Positions 1 through 28,971 of a DNA stretch of 64,000 nt are shown in pieces. The translations under genes were made by a program, and so were the position numbers. Within the stretch, counting starts at the first letter, position 1. Each line of letters begins with the position of its first letter. Origin of the DNA: Tubiluchus corallicola (Eukaryota > Animalia > Priapulida); the NCBI GenBank assembly GCA_030141605.1, contig JAQGDQ010002379.1, positions 324,034 to 388,033 on the forward strand. Direction: 5' to 3'. The notes under the pieces are model-generated. The model was not told the origin of the DNA. It saw only the letters and a list, made by a program, of their open reading frames with translations, and did not search any database.

Positions 1-604
1 TGCGTGCATGCAATATTGTGACAAATTTCCCCATAGGCCAGATACACACAAGAAAATTTTGTAATACGTTTTTATAGGTTCTCTGGAATGAGCCTATATT
101 GTAAGTGTAATGTTGCAGACATATTGCACTATTCTGTAAAAATATTTGCTCGTTATTTGTGCGCGATGCATAAACACTTATCATTTATTTAATCAAAATT
201 GATGATTAAAGCTATAACTGCTGATCTTTTATTACTTGCTGTTTGTGGCATTACAATGGATAAACGTAGTTGTGAGGTGTTTTTACAAAAAAACCTTTGC
301 AACCTTTCCTTAGAAAAATAAACCTCACTTAGCACACCCTCCTCTTAATTTTACATCTTTTTGAATGGCGTACCTAGCAACCGCCTGCTGATTTCTCTGC
401 TCTGATTACCTGGGTGGAAGTGCATTAACTCACCTGTAACTTACACCTGTATTGCCCTGGATATTGATGTTGGGGAATTCCGCGGCAACACATTCTCTTT
501 AGCCGTGTAAATCTTATGTGATCAAAAAACCATTCCGTGTATTTGTAGTAGGGTTGTAAACTTGCTGTAAACTACAATCCAGTCTATCCACTCCTAATAA
601 ATAG

Positions 605-1110
<506 letters not shown>

Positions 1111-3050
1111 TCTGTGTCTGTGTCTAACCGCATATCTGTCGCTCTTTCTGTCTCCTGTTTAATTTTCTATCTCATTTCAAATCTACGTATTTCAGATTAT
1201 CAGAAGTTATTTTGCGTTTCGCTTTTCAATGCGGTATGCACGTCGAATTATTTTCTTGCTGTCTTTCAAGCTTTTAATTTTCCTATTTTTAAAGGCTATT
1301 TTGCTTGAAAAAATGCACAGGATCTAAGCTTTAGTTGTTAAGCTTTGGTAAGACAAATTGTCGTACTTCTGTAAATTAGTTGAAGTACATTAGGCCTAGT
1401 GTGCTTTGGGAATTCGAGTATGCAGAATGTTGTAAGACCTGTGTAGAAGGATGAATGATTCATAATTGCATATGGGAAATTGGGACCACAAAGCATTAAG
1501 AACTGTTGTCGTAGAAGCTGACGAACCGTTGCCCTTGAAGGGCCTTTCTGTTTCTGAATTCCCCATGCAGTGAAGTTCCAAGGTCCTGTGGCTTCCAACA
1601 CTACTACACAGCATTCGTTTGCTGAACAGATTAAACCATGTTATGTTAGGTAGTTTGCTTCAATAAGCTGCTTTAGTGTCCAACTGGATTGGCTCAACTA
1701 ACTGAGCTAAGCCATGTACAAGTATGTACATTTGCTGGAAACTTAATACTTTTGAAATAGAGGTTTCTACATGTTTACCTTGGCGTAGTCTGTCATTGAC
1801 TTTACTTATTAGGCATAAATGGCATCCGCTGCAGTAGCATGCCTCTGAAATAACTTCATTAAATAATCGCTGTTATGGTTTATATTTCTCATCATGTAGT
1901 TTCCAACCTAGAGCGCATGATTGTTTTAAGTTAGGTTTTTACAGGTAGCCTTAATTAAATTCAGAGCAAGAGATAGTAAGATTGTAGCGTTAACTTCTTT
2001 AATCTTGCAAAAGTGCACGAGCACACCATTGGTTAGCAATTAAAATAAGTACTGCAGATAGTTCAGTAAGACTTAATCTTTAACTAAATTTTATACTCTC
2101 ACCGCCAGTTCCTGAAATAGTAGATGATTGTTGTAAACTGAAAACCCTTGTTTCAGTTGCTTTGTTTAAACGAATGCTTGTCTAATTTCTCGAAAAATAG
2201 GGAGTCTGGGCCCTCCATCTTATTTTGCACTGTGAAATCTAACTACTGTGTATACACGTATTAACTCTCCAGGTATAAAATATTTGCACTTGTGTATTTT
2301 GGAGTTACATGTAAGGCGCGATGTTCTCAACAACGACCGAACTATTTACGCGTCAAACGAACGGTGATTTTTCCCTTTTTTCCGCAAAAGTCATAGAACG
2401 GAAATGTAAAGAACCGGACTGTTAGAGTTCTAGACATTACTGTAAAGAAAATTCAACGTAGGTGTTAACAGACAGAATTTTGTTTCCTGGGTGGCTACAC
2501 TTTCTCGCAGTGGGTATTTTCCCGGATAGAATCCAAGCAAATTTTGTAAAAATGTTGCAAACAATTTCCTGAAAAAATCGATTTGTGCAACTACGAGGTC
2601 GCCCCGAAAAAATAAACACATTATTAGAAAGAGAAAGACCGATTGCAGTGTTTGAGTGTTTCGTGTAAGATAATGTTCACTGAACGAAAGGGAAGGGTGT
2701 ACATATTTTGAAATTCTTTTAACATGTGAGTATATTTTGTTGGGCGGCTTTCGCGAAGTCATAGAATTTAACAAAGTTGAGAATGAGAGACACCTGGTTT
2801 AGCGTTTTTATGAAACTCGTGTTTATTGCACGGCGCCAACTAAAGTCGCAATTGGACTAGAAAGAAATTTGTAGCAATGCATTGACGATTGATCTTTCTC
2901 TTCCTTTTATATTAGTGAAAAAAAAGTCAAATGTGTGTCAGGCTGTCGTTAGACGTTGTCCAAGCGTTGTCAGCCTAGGTGTTAAACTTTTTTGTTTGAT
3001 TAACACGTGAGATTGAGGGGGTCTTGAAAGTAATAATCTTAATTATTACC

Positions 3051-3175
3051 GGGTGGCGTAGTTCAGTGGTATCGTGCTCACTTCTCACTCGCGAGGTCGC
3101 GGGTTCAACTTCCGATCGAGTCATACCAAAGACTTAGAATATGGTATCGCTGGTTCTTCAGCCAAGCACACGGGT
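3051..3175 (+). mobile_element. tRNA-derived SINE (head plus conserved central domain, MetaSINE/MESC-like)
   Basis: Pol III A-box-like TGGCGTAGTTCAGTGG and B-box-like GGTTCAACTTCC, followed by GTCATACCAAAGACT..ATGGTATC..CTG, which resembles the Meta/MESC SINE core as recalled. No clean cloverleaf or acceptor stem, so not a tRNA gene. Confidence 0.65.
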
Positions 3176-5743
3176 TTATCGAAATTACGTGCGGTTATTA
3201 TTGATTGGGACCACCTTGGAAATAAGTATTATTTAAGTGTTACCTAAGGTGTTTTCTCTGGATTATATCATATAAAGTTATCCTACAAGTGTAATCCATG
3301 TCTGTGCAGCATTTGTGTACACTCCATCTCGTCCAAACTTGGCTGACTATTAGCTTTGCCAAACTTACCCAGGGAAAACAGAAAGACCACAAAACAGAAA
3401 AGGCAAACTACTTTCTGCTAGAGTAGACCATTGTTTACTCTGGAAGGAGAATTTTTTGGCTTCACATTCAGTTTGCTTTGCCTACTTTTCCCTCACTTCA
3501 TTGTTTCTTCAGTTTTTTATTCATGCGTACTTTGTGAGTCTAGTAATAAGCAAAATTGTTGCCCTCACGCAGATCTAGGTCAGTCAACGTTAGCGATATT
3601 GGCATCCTTGATGGATATCGCTGCCCGGGAATAATGCTGATCGATATGTCGACCAATCGCAGGCGCTGATGGCCAGGAAAAATGGAGCAGCTAATCCTTT
3701 CGGATTAATTGCGGATTATGAGTAGATATTTTAGCGGCTGTTTGTGATTAGATCCCATTGGGCTGTTAATGTCTGTTGGATTAATTAGCGACACGTGCTT
3801 TTCTCAGTAATGAAAATGTGATCATTATTCGATTGCCTATATTTAGCACAATACACACAGTAAGCTCATTATTATTTCAAAGCCCAGCCTTGTCTAATTC
3901 ACAGTGACGTCATAGCTGCTAATGTAAGTAATACATAGAACCCTCAGCACTGAGATGCTGATTTGCCAGTCTCCATAGCATGCGAGACAAAGCTGATAAC
4001 AGTAACCAAAAAAACGAGGTCTGATCTGTACCTGTGCTGGGTTGTTAAAACTTAATGCCGTGGCTTCTTGTTTGGTTCGTAGCACAAGTTTTTTACAAGA
4101 TAGTACGAGATAGTTATCTGCGTTATCTTACAGGCTTTGTTTATAGCAAAATGTTTGAACTGTGAATTTACCAAAATGTAATTTTTAAACTGTGTCTGAA
4201 TTCCTGGCCAAACAAAAGTTGCAGTTTGGAATAAATCTAAGTTGTTATTTGAATTGAAAATGGTTTCCTAAAACTTTGAAGAAAATCCACGTTCGAGGAC
4301 GTCAACGTTAAAATAATATTGAAATAAAGGCGTTAAGGAAAATTAAACAAGTTCCAAGTCTCTGGTTTTGTTTTGTTGATGTATTTAGTTTTCACAAATT
4401 AAGATGCTGACCAATTTTTATTGGTATTTCAACAAATTGCTGCGGCGTTAAGTGCAGTGCTGCCAGCATTGTTGTCAATTTATTTATTATGTGCACAAAA
4501 TAAACAAAAATTTAGTTAATTTTGGTACAGTCTTGCCACTCCATTCTGTTTTAATTGTGCAAAAAACGTGTTTGGGATAATACAACGTCTTCAGAAAAAT
4601 TATAATGTAATTAGCCTTTGACAAGTGCTAGTGTTTTTGCCAAATAAAGCAAGATTACTTTTTTATATACATGTACATTTACTATAAATGTAAAGTGTAA
4701 AGGCAGTATTGAAATACACACAGATATAAGACAGCTGCAACACATAAAGAATTTGCAGTTAAGTTTCAAAAACTCGTTTATATAAAAATTTAAAAATCAT
4801 TTGAATTAACCTATATGTAGTTATGTTATGTAGGCACGTTAACTACAGTGTTTTCAATATTCCTGTTGATCTTATGGGCTTTTTCAACTATTTATAGTGT
4901 ATTCTATTGACACCTGTGGCCTATCCATTAATATCTAATGCTGACTCAGGCAATTCCCCTAGTGGCTTGGAAATCAATACAGTTAAGCTAATACCTTGTT
5001 GGATAATTAAGTTAATCATAGTTATGCAATTGGCATATAATGCGTTGCTGCTAGATCTTGGAATAATAGCGGAGAGAAGGCAGATACCCTGGTGCTAAAG
5101 AAAGCATACATTAAAAATGTTTCCAAAGTATTTATTATGTAATCATTGCCACCATCATTTTCATTTTGTTATTATCATTATTGTAAACATTGAACTGTAT
5201 CACTATTATTGTTATTATTTTTATAAGCTAGGCATATAACTAAATAATCGCTATGATGTGTATCCACCAAGAAACCAGTCCTGATACCAGCCCCTGTTCT
5301 GATTAGACATCTCACCTTGGAGTATCTTTGCTATTAAGCTGGAGGATTATTTTTTGTATTAAACTAAATTTTAGTCCTGCCGCAATTGTCAGGTGTTGAA
5401 TTTTAAACCTCAGCTTGCAGAGGGCTAAACTATTTAAAATTGTTGTTTCTTGAACGTTTGACTGATTTCAAAAGGATTATTTTCTCTGCCAATGATTGTC
5501 TTCAAAAAGTGTGTAGGCTTTCTAATGTATATAATTTTTATTTTACTGTAAAAATACAGAAAATACATATCAGTTCTGGTCAAGTATGTGTATATGTATA
5601 TGTTAGTCCAGTAAATACAAAAGTGGCCACCTTTGGATGTCCATGACTTGCAGTTCCATAAATGTACCCTGCCATTTGGATACTATGTATTCAGAGCAGA
5701 TGCTTTAGTTAGCTATTTACACATTTTCATTTCTGTATTGCAG

Positions 5744-19569
<13,826 letters not shown>

Positions 19570-19725
19570 TATCAGGTACATTGTTTTTTGTTTTGTTTTT
19601 GTCGTAATTTTTTTCTCCAGGGTGGCAAAGAAGTTACTTAAGTTGAATTGAGTTCTTTGAATTTAAGAAATGAGTGTTTAGTCCAATACGTACAATGACA
19701 CATAAATCTTATAAAGTACTATACT

Positions 19726-19789
19726 TTCTCCTCTTTCCCTCCCTCCCTCTCTCCCTTTTCTCCCTCTCTCTTCCTCTCTCCCTCTCTTC

Positions 19790-19820
<31 letters not shown>

Positions 19821-19830
19821 ACTCACTCTC
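19726..19830. repeat. Polypyrimidine/(CT)n tract in the calcineurin 3' UTR
   Basis: Directly visible. Confidence 0.9.
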
Positions 19831-22800
19831 TGTGATTTACTGTTTCTGATCTGCTAGTTTATAAATTCAAAATGCATTTTACAATTAATATCTGTTTTAT
19901 TTTTATTTGTTGCAGAAACTTTCATTTCTGAGTTCCGTTTCACGTCATTCTGGTCACACTTAACAACACATGCACATTCACAATATTAATGAAATAAACA
20001 AAACAGATGTGGCATTCACTCGTGAAACATTACCAAGTATGGTCGAGCAGTGATGAAGCTACATCTGCCATCACGTACTGTGTTACTATGATCTGTTTTT
20101 TGTCTCAGAAAAGCTATTGTTTTGCTACGTTATTACGTTATTAGTCAGTTGTTGTTTTTGAGTTTTCACTATTTGTACAGTGTTCACAACACTATAGTTT
20201 TAACTTGTTGAATTTATTCATGTCCGTCATGCTGAATGCACAAGGCTTTTGATTCACATCATCAAACTAAAGCATTTTATGTATAACTTGTTAACATCTA
20301 GTAATTTTTAGTTTATTTATTTATATTTGCGTGCAGCTACCTCATTATTTCGCACTTGTTTTGTAACACAGTTTGTGAGTGGCTGGTATTGGGTGGCCCA
20401 CTGGCCAATGGCCAGTCAGAAGTGCCTTTTCAGAATGTAGGCTGAATCAGCATTTCTGATTAATAGTTGTTAATAGCAACTGTCTTTAGTCAGTTAATTT
20501 TGACAGACATTACAAGAGTAGGTCACTTGTAAAATATTAGACAATTGAGCTGTGACATTGAATGTGATTGGTTGATTTTGTGATCTGGAAACTGTATGAT
20601 CAGCCACTGAACTTCATTTGCTATTTCATCATTAGTTATTATTATAAGTATTCTTATTGTAATTTTTCACCTATTCGCATGTGTCACCTTCCCCGTTCCC
20701 TTCAAAATGAGCTACTTCATTTCTTTCGACTGGCCAAGATGGAGCGTCTCATTTTGTCGAAGGGGTGTGACTGTTTTTTTATCATCACTTGGGTATTTAA
20801 CTTACTTATTAACTTATTCATGGAAAACTAAAACAGTATACAAGGAATATTTCCATGATATTGTTAATATTTCTTGCAAATGCATGCATGTTAATAAAGC
20901 CTTTCAGTTTATTAAAGGATTCTTTGTGATACTGGTGTAAAATGTCAGTTGTCACGGACTTGAGTGAACAATATATATATGTCTGCGAAGGTGGGTAGCA
21001 AGTTATTTCGTAAGTTGCTTGAATATGGTGTTAAAGAACATTTCTATGAAAGTACGAATTACCATTACCATTGTAAATTTTCTAATTATATTTATGAATA
21101 TAATATATAATGTATAATTAATATATTAAAACTTCCACAATGCAAGGCGAAACTGTGCACAATATGCGTGCCAGGCTTTCTCGTTGCTACTAGCAATGTA
21201 TGTGTGCCTCGTGTGGAAATCTTTTTATCATTTTTGGAATAATATATTATTGGTATTGAGAGGCCAGAGATCTATAAACTGAACTTGTTTAATATATAAA
21301 TATAAATGGATTGTTCTCTTGTTTGCATTTCTATTTATTTCTCAAATTTTTGATGAACTTGTTTTCGATTCTGATTTTCGTTATAAATTTTATAAATATT
21401 CTGGTCGTGTATGATGTCTTCTGTAAGAGAAGGTCTTGCAGGCTTGTTGCAGGAATTTAGCGAGTACACTCGAACGTTGCACTCACACACTACACTCACA
21501 GTGCCGTTACCGTTTAGGTTTCTGTCTTCCATTGTGAGTATAGTGAAGTAACTAAGGCAACAGAATTTGTTTATTACATAATTTTTAACCTATGCATTTT
21601 TTGGTGTGACGTGTATATGTGAATTAAATGTTCAGCATTTGAATTTTATACATGTTTTCCATCTGCTTTCAAGCTATTGTGTCATTGATATTGCAGCTTG
21701 TTATTTGGAATTTGATATTTAAATACTAGTATTTAGTAGTAGTGTCATACATAGTGTTTTTCTTGCTAACTTCTTAAGTGCACAATATATTGCCAGACTT
21801 CATCTTTAAATCGCAGATGAAAGCAGTAATTTCATGCCTGTGTATATACTTTGAATATTTTGATAAAAAGAAACAATTGGTGTACTAGCTTATTTTTAGC
21901 CAAACTTGTTCCGTTTATTCACACATTGTAAAATTTGTTGATTTATCATTACTTGCCTTTAATCTGCATTTCGTTGTGGTTACCTGTTTACTTTTATACT
22001 AAAGTTCGTTGTTACATATAAAGTTCCCACATGTAAGTGGGAATTGTACAGTTTATTAATTTACACATCAATTAGTGAAGCTGTCAAACTTGCCCAGTCA
22101 AAATTAATCTTTACTATCAAATTTTGTATATAGTTGGTTCATGTCTGAGTTTGGTTAGTATCCCATTTGTGTGATTTTTTTTCGTTTTACGTAAACTTTA
22201 CATTTCAAAAGACGTCATGTGTTCTGGCTATCCGCAGTGTAATAAATACAAGATTTTTTGCTTATTTTTTGCAATTTGAATGTTGATAGAACTAAAGTAC
22301 TCTTCAAAATTCGTAGATGCTATTCTTGTGTGAATTTTACCGCAGTTATTATAAGTGCTTCATAGTGTTTATCTTTCCATTTTGACACTTTCTTATACTG
22401 TTCTTTTAATTAAATAAGTAATGTGGTTAATTAATCGCAAAAATCTCTCATTATCAAAAGCCTGATAACCTCAGCTGCCTAGATTTGAGATAGTTTATTC
22501 CAGATAGTTTAATCCTATATTCCAAAACAATATAAGATTAGTTTTTATTTGGCAAATCTGGAGTAAAGAGTAGTAGCTAAAGTTACTTAAGTAATATCTG
22601 TTCCATGTTTAGTTTTATGAAGCTCTTCCAGATTACTTTGCAATCATTTTTGCATGTCAGCTTGACTAGGTGCCTGTACAACTATGATTTGCTGAATATC
22701 AATGGGTGTTGAGCCATATGCTGAATTAGTCTGTGAAATTGTAGAGTTAATATAAAAAAGCTGAAGTACACATGGTTGTCTTTTTAAAATGTTAAGATTT

Positions 22801-24229
22801 TTCTCCTACTTAACTTAAAATCTCTTCTTTGTCTAAATCTAAAACACACAACTTTAAAATGATGTCAGTAAATTGTAATTTTATGTGTTTGCTGTGTTGA
22901 TACTGATAATAACAATTACACTGTATAAAACGTTTAGTGCATGCTGTTGTTTTATTCTTGTTTATTTAAACTTTAACTATATTTCTGTGTTACAATAAAT
23001 GAACTCAAAACAGAAAATGCAATGCCTTATATGTTTAAAATTCCTGGCAAGAGCAAGGGGGTATTTTACAGTACAATTCTAATGTTGTATATGATAGATA
23101 TCATGAAGCAACATATTTTTATCATAATAGCTTATTGCCACACACACTAACATTTCTGGAAGTCAGTGATCAAAAGTTATATTACTGCATACCTAATTGC
23201 TCAGTTTAACAATATTAAATTATAAATCTACTCGTATTTTGCTTAATAAAAACTTTAATTTGCAAACAATATGCAGCCAATAATATGCTAGAATCTGTTT
23301 TGTTTCTCGTGTCAAGTCAAACTCATGTACACAACCTTTTAAGATCACTCTCCACAGTAAGAACAGTGACACATGGGGACCTCGTGTTAAAATTAATGCT
23401 TTAGTATTTACAGTGAATTGCAGCTTTGTATTATGTATAACAAATAGATATCAGTTGTCAGAGTTTCACAATGTAGTGAAATGAAAAAGTGAACTCATAC
23501 AGTATCATGCTGAGTGCATTTGATGCTGCTCATTGTCTAATAATCAAAATACGAGAAAAAATTCACTAATAATTCTTGTTGCTGGTGTTGATCAAATGCA
23601 CTAATCTTGTAATCTGATGTGACTTATCAAATGCACTTTCATTGTTTCTTTCATACACGTTCCTTAATCATTGCCTTCTTTTTGGTTGTTAAATGTACGG
23701 TGTCATTTTGAGTAATTTATCTTACTTAGCTGTCCACATTGTTTTTCATTTGACAGGTAGTTTTGATTTTTGTTAAGCGGCCATGCAATTTGTTTTTTTT
23801 ACAGAAAAAGTGGCAATTTGTTAACATTCTACTTTATTTACTCTCATTTTATGTGTCTGTTTATGTGCGTAATGTATAGGTATTGTAAATTTTTTTCGTA
23901 TTATGCTACTCTAATTTTTTTTCATTAAATTTCTATTTATGTGCAAGTTGCTGCAAATCTTTTAGGTGCTAATCGATGAAATAAAAGAAATGTTCACCTT
24001 CCATGCAAATAATTATATGTAAGTCTTAGTAAAATTAATAGTTGATCACTACAGCAATTTACCGTTAAAAATAATTAACAATGTTAATACTCAATTAAAA
24101 ATTATTCGCAAATGAGCATAACCATTAACCAAGCCTAGCCCTAAGTGTCCAACGTGAGACTCGTCGTAAATATTCCGTCAATGTGTTACCAAGTGATTGG
24201 CTTTCCTGTTGAAGATATCCCGTAATGCT

Positions 24230-26347
24230 TATTGGGGAATCGCGACGTGACGTGCAGAAATTGCTGAAATTCTAAACAATATTTTAAAAACAGGCACATT
24301 TCCGCAGGATATTCATAAAGGAATACTTATCCCTTTACCCAAGCCAGGTAAGAAACGAGGTCCTATATAAAATCTTAGACCATTGATGTTGCTTACACTA
24401 CTATACTAAGGAAGATCTGTACCGTTACCGTCGAAGGATAGAGGTTAAGCATACATAGCTTATAAACCTCTCCACTCTTCCTTGTTTACTTTGTCAATAT
24501 TAAGAATACATAATGGGTGGCGACACTACGATCACGAAGCGAAGCATAGGGTTTCTTGTTGCCATTGTGGCAACCTGGGGTCTATATATTTTTCAGCATT
24601 GTTTTTCCAAAATCTATGGAGACGAGACTTAAACTGGGCAGGATTGGGTGCTTGTATTACATGGTCAGGCAGCTTGTTCCACTCATTAATTACTCGCCTT
24701 GCGAATGTGAATCTTCTTCTGTTCCACCTTTTGGGAACTGTTCTCTTCTTGATTTTGTAGGAGTGACCTCTGGTACCATGATATGTCTGTCGGTGAAAAA
24801 ATATTTCACTGTTGATGGTTTCTATGCCTTTAAGAATACGGAATGTTTGGATTAAATCTTGTCTTTTGCGTCTGTATTTCAGAGTTGTAAGGCCGAGAAT
24901 CTTAAGTCTTGCAACATACGGTAAATGAGAAATGGCAGGTACAAGTCTAGTAGCTCGACGTTGTATACTTTCAATTTTTCTTATCATGTCTTGACGATTT
25001 GGGCTCCAAATCACATCACCATAATCCAGAATAGGACGAACGATTGATTTATATAGTTTGGTCGCCACTGTATGTTGACTAGGATCTATGACAGGTTACA
25101 CACTTACATTCCAACAAGCCAAGCAGCATATCAACCAGGACGGAATACTACTGAATTAGTACAAGCCTGTAAATTACTAGCCGGAAAAGCCATCTCTTCT
25201 GCTGATTACTCAATACATATTCATGATCGATATGTCAAAGGCCTTTGATTGTGTGCGGAGAAAAACTCTGCTATGCTGCCTGGAAGAAATCCTTGAACCT
25301 GATGAAATATACATCATAAGTATAATGTTAGAAAATTTATTAATTCAAGTCAGGTGTGAAGGGAAATTGAGTCAGCCGTTTTCTACAGACAAAGGAGTAC
25401 CTCAGGGTGACTGCCTAAGCCCTGTACTTTTCACTTTATATCTTGCCATAGCTCTCACTGAGGACAAAGTTATACCATTGAAAGACCTAGAAGATCACAA
25501 CTACACAATTCTTGATCCTGAATTAATACCGAATGAAGTAAGACAAGAATGCAGTTACAGTTCTCTACAAAGTAAGTCAACTACTATATCTATGCAGTAT
25601 GCTGATGATGTGGCATGGATTACAAGAAACAAAGAAGACGTAGATGAAATAAAAAACTCAATAGAGGAGAAACTGAACAGAATGGATCTCATTGTAAACA
25701 AAAATAAAACTGAAGAGTTTCACATAACACGCCATGGTGATGAATCATGGCAAAGATGCAAGTATCTCGGTAGTCTGCTGACAACAGAAGACGACATATC
25801 AAGACGGAAGATAATGGCATTATCAGTTTACTCAAAACTTAAAAAAATTTCTTTGGAAACAAAAATTAGAATATTCTCAGCCTTAGTTGAAACTGTATTT
25901 CTATATAACTCTGAGCTCTGGACATTAAAAGCAAATCATAAAGCTGAAATCGATGCGTTTCAAAGGCGAAATTACAAAAACATGTTGGGTATTAGATGGC
26001 CAAAGAAAATTTCAAACAAAGATCTATATGAAACAATAAAAGAAGAACCTTGGACAAGAAAAATAAAAAGACGCCGTTTAAGATGGATTGGGCATATGCT
26101 TAGACTACCTGATGATACTCCAGTGAAGATAGCTCTTCAACAAGCCATAGAACCAGCTAAAAAACCTGCAGGAGGACAAATGTTAACATATTTAGATTTT
26201 GCACAAAAAGATTTAAACACTTTAGCATTGATCCTTAGAAATAAATCTACTTGGGGCATTGCGGCGAGCAGGGAGTCCTGGCATAGGGAGGTGAACAGAA
26301 TCATGTCACTGGATGTGTGATTCATTGGATCATGATGATGATGATGA
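24230..26347 (+). mobile_element. 5'-truncated non-LTR retrotransposon (RTE-like), interrupted by another LINE
   Basis: RT motifs: GILIPLPKPGKK..NLRPL (~24320-24400), QAAYQPGRNTTE, IDMSKAFD, GVPQGDCLSPVLF, YADD, KYLGS, RRRLRWIGHMLR (ORF 25223..26320); (GAT)n tail at ~26332-26347; stop/frameshift upstream of the ORF. Confidence 0.93.
24422..25067 (-). mobile_element. 3' fragment of a CR1/L2-group LINE inserted antisense into the RTE-like element
   Basis: ORF 24532..25068 (LYKSIVRPILDYGDVIWSP..IESIQRRATRLVP..L..RR..DLIQTFRILKG..TRGH..RVINEWNKLP); 3' UTR hairpin AGAGGTT..AACCTCT; CTGTA repeated at 24417-24421 and 25068-25072. Confidence 0.9.
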
Positions 26348-27280
26348 CATAGAGGAATTACAAGATGCAGAATGTACGATCAGCTGCCGTTTAGAAAAAT
26401 ATAATCTTAAAGTCAGCAATAGAAAGACTGAAGAATACCATATTCGAAGAGGAGGTAATTATTCATGGAAATGATGTAAATACTTTGGTGGCTTGTTAGA
26501 CACCGAAGCTGACATACAAAGAAGGAAATTTCTTACATTGTCTGATTATACAGATGTCAACGGTTTTTGAAAACAATAGACTGTCTCTTGAAACCAAAGC
26601 CCAGATCCTTTCATCTTAGTTGAATCTGTGTTTTTGTACAGTGTTGACCTATGGGCAATAAAATTTAAGTAACAGAAGGAAATTGGCACTTTTCAAAGAC
26701 ATCTCTATAGAAATTACTCGCAATTAAATGGCCTGACTGAATATCTGCTTTACAGTCTTTTTTACAATGACATCAGGACCTAGAGTTCAACTCGTTAAGG
26801 TCCCTTCTCATATTCATTTTAAATTTATCGATAGCGTTTGATGATCAGTATAATGTGGTGAAGAAGAATCCTTGGAGTAAACAAATACAAGTAAGAAGAT
26901 TGCTTTGGTTTGGTGGCAGCAGTGCATAATGCGTGGCATCAACAAGTGAGATGGGCCGTGTTATTTTTAGAACATAGCAGCACAGAAACGACGACGAACA
27001 TATTTTAATATTCCTTGGTTCAAACGACTTTAGTCCAAAAGTCGAGCTCCGAACATCAAGATGGCTAGCATATGTTCTCTAATTACCAAGTAAAGCATAA
27101 GTAAGAATTGCCTTAAAGGAATCCTTAAAGAACCTTGCAAAAAACCATATGTCAAATGAAAAACAACGTGGACAGCTAAGTAAGATAAATAAAGATGTTC
27201 AATAACTTTAACCCATTTATCTTTAGGAGTAGAAGAACTTACCGCACTAGCTGCAGATAGGAGTAGATGGAATGCTCTAA
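26348..27280 (+). mobile_element. Older decayed RTE-like LINE remnant
   Basis: Stop-ridden similarity to the adjacent RT C-terminus (KTEEYHI.RGG..SWK*CKY.GGLL.TE.DI; LVESVFLY; RRL.W.G); homologous pieces at ~43495-43600, ~44650-45080 and in the third unit. Confidence 0.75.
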
Positions 27281-28971
27281 TGAATGGTAATGCCTCAATG
27301 TCTACAACAGATGGAAGAGACTTTGAAGACCATCTTTTATTTTAGAATTCTGACTGCCTAGTGGGTCACTGATTCAAACCCAGGCTCAGTGTAGTCAAGT
27401 TTGATACCAAAATTCAGCAGTTGAGGTTTTATATAAACACATTTTATTTTTCATGACCTTTAGTATTAAAAAAAATCTGATTGATAAACATTAGTAAGGA
27501 ATTGTGCAGTTACTGTGTTTAGGTAAATACGAGGGTCAAGCACATATAAGCACATATTTAAAACAGTTTAAACAAGTGTCAGAAATAATGCTTGGGCCTT
27601 TATTTGCTTTAATTGTCTTCGAACATTGAGAAACGTCCAGCTGAGATTTAGTAGCGCTTAAACTGTACAGACCGTGAAAAGAACCTACCGATCATTAAAC
27701 TAGATCAGTGTCGTAATAAACTTGAATAATTTCCATTGTCAAATCTGTGGTGAAATTACAATCAAGGTGAATAAGGTAAATAACAAGTATGATTGATCTG
27801 CTCTCATCTGACCTACTAATTCGCGTTAATTAAGCGGTTCTTTAACATAATTGTGCTACGTTATTAAATATGAGAGTCGTAATTAGGTTTAACGATAGGC
27901 TATTTGATTAATTCCGCCTTAGGAATGAGTAAGTACTATAATATAATGTTCACACATTTACATTCAGATATCCACATTTTAACAGCGACAGTGCATCAAC
28001 AACAATCTAGTGATACAAATGTTAAACTAAAACATTACTGAAAGTTTACGATTTTGTAGTTTTTATAAGTTTCTGTGCTATATATGCCCCCATCCCTCCC
28101 ACTCCTAGCATTCATCAGACATTTCAACAGATAGTACATATACTTCATATACATCTTCGTCATTGATTGGGATTGTAACACTTCATTAATAAATATTTAT
28201 GCTGGTTTTTCAAAATGTTTATTTGTAACATAGTATTTGTTCTTCATTTTTGTATAGTCATTGACATAAAACAGTGCAATAGCTTGTGCATATGAGCTAG
28301 TAGTGTAATCAGTGTCTGCCAAATTGAAGCCTGACTCAGACCTGAATAATAAAAGACTGTCGAAAGGTGTTTAGGACGATTGCCTTATACAGAGGGAGAG
28401 GAAAGGGATTACAAAGTAGAGTACACAGATGTCCTGTTCTCATAAAGATCTGAATAATTAGTATGTAGAGTAACATTCGTTTCTGGCTATTGAAGTTTGC
28501 CTTTACAAATACGCTGTATCAGTTTGCTACACGACACAGATTACATGCTCACCCCAATGCTCAACTCAAACCAGCAGTATGCTAAGAATCCAGAAGTACA
28601 TGCCGCATACACGCCGTACATACATAACATACGTTCATAGATAGAATACATGTGCACATAGCTCCACAATTGATTACCTGCATATGTTATCACAAGTGGT
28701 ATTTCCAGCGATTTAATTTGCTCATCATTATTTTTTGTCTGTTTATCATTACCATGCCCACTAGAACATAAATATAATTTACATTTTTAAGTATGTCAAC
28801 TTTAGAAATGTCGTGATCCACATAACAGCACCTCTTTGAACTTTTGGAAGTTTAAAATTAGAACATTGCACTGAGTGCAGTCAGAGTGCAAAAATCAGGC
28901 TTAAGGCGTCTGAAATCATTAGGTGAAGTGTTAAATGTTTTAAGTTTTTTGGTAGATGTTTACGATCTAAC

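Noticed and set aside
2310-2800. Possible TIR element (GTTCTCAAC ... GTTGAGAAT) and ORF 2430..2774
   Set aside because: Inverted match too short, no target duplication, no recognisable protein motif.
3051-3125. Functional tRNA gene
   Set aside because: A/B boxes present but acceptor and anticodon stems do not pair; continues into a SINE-like core.
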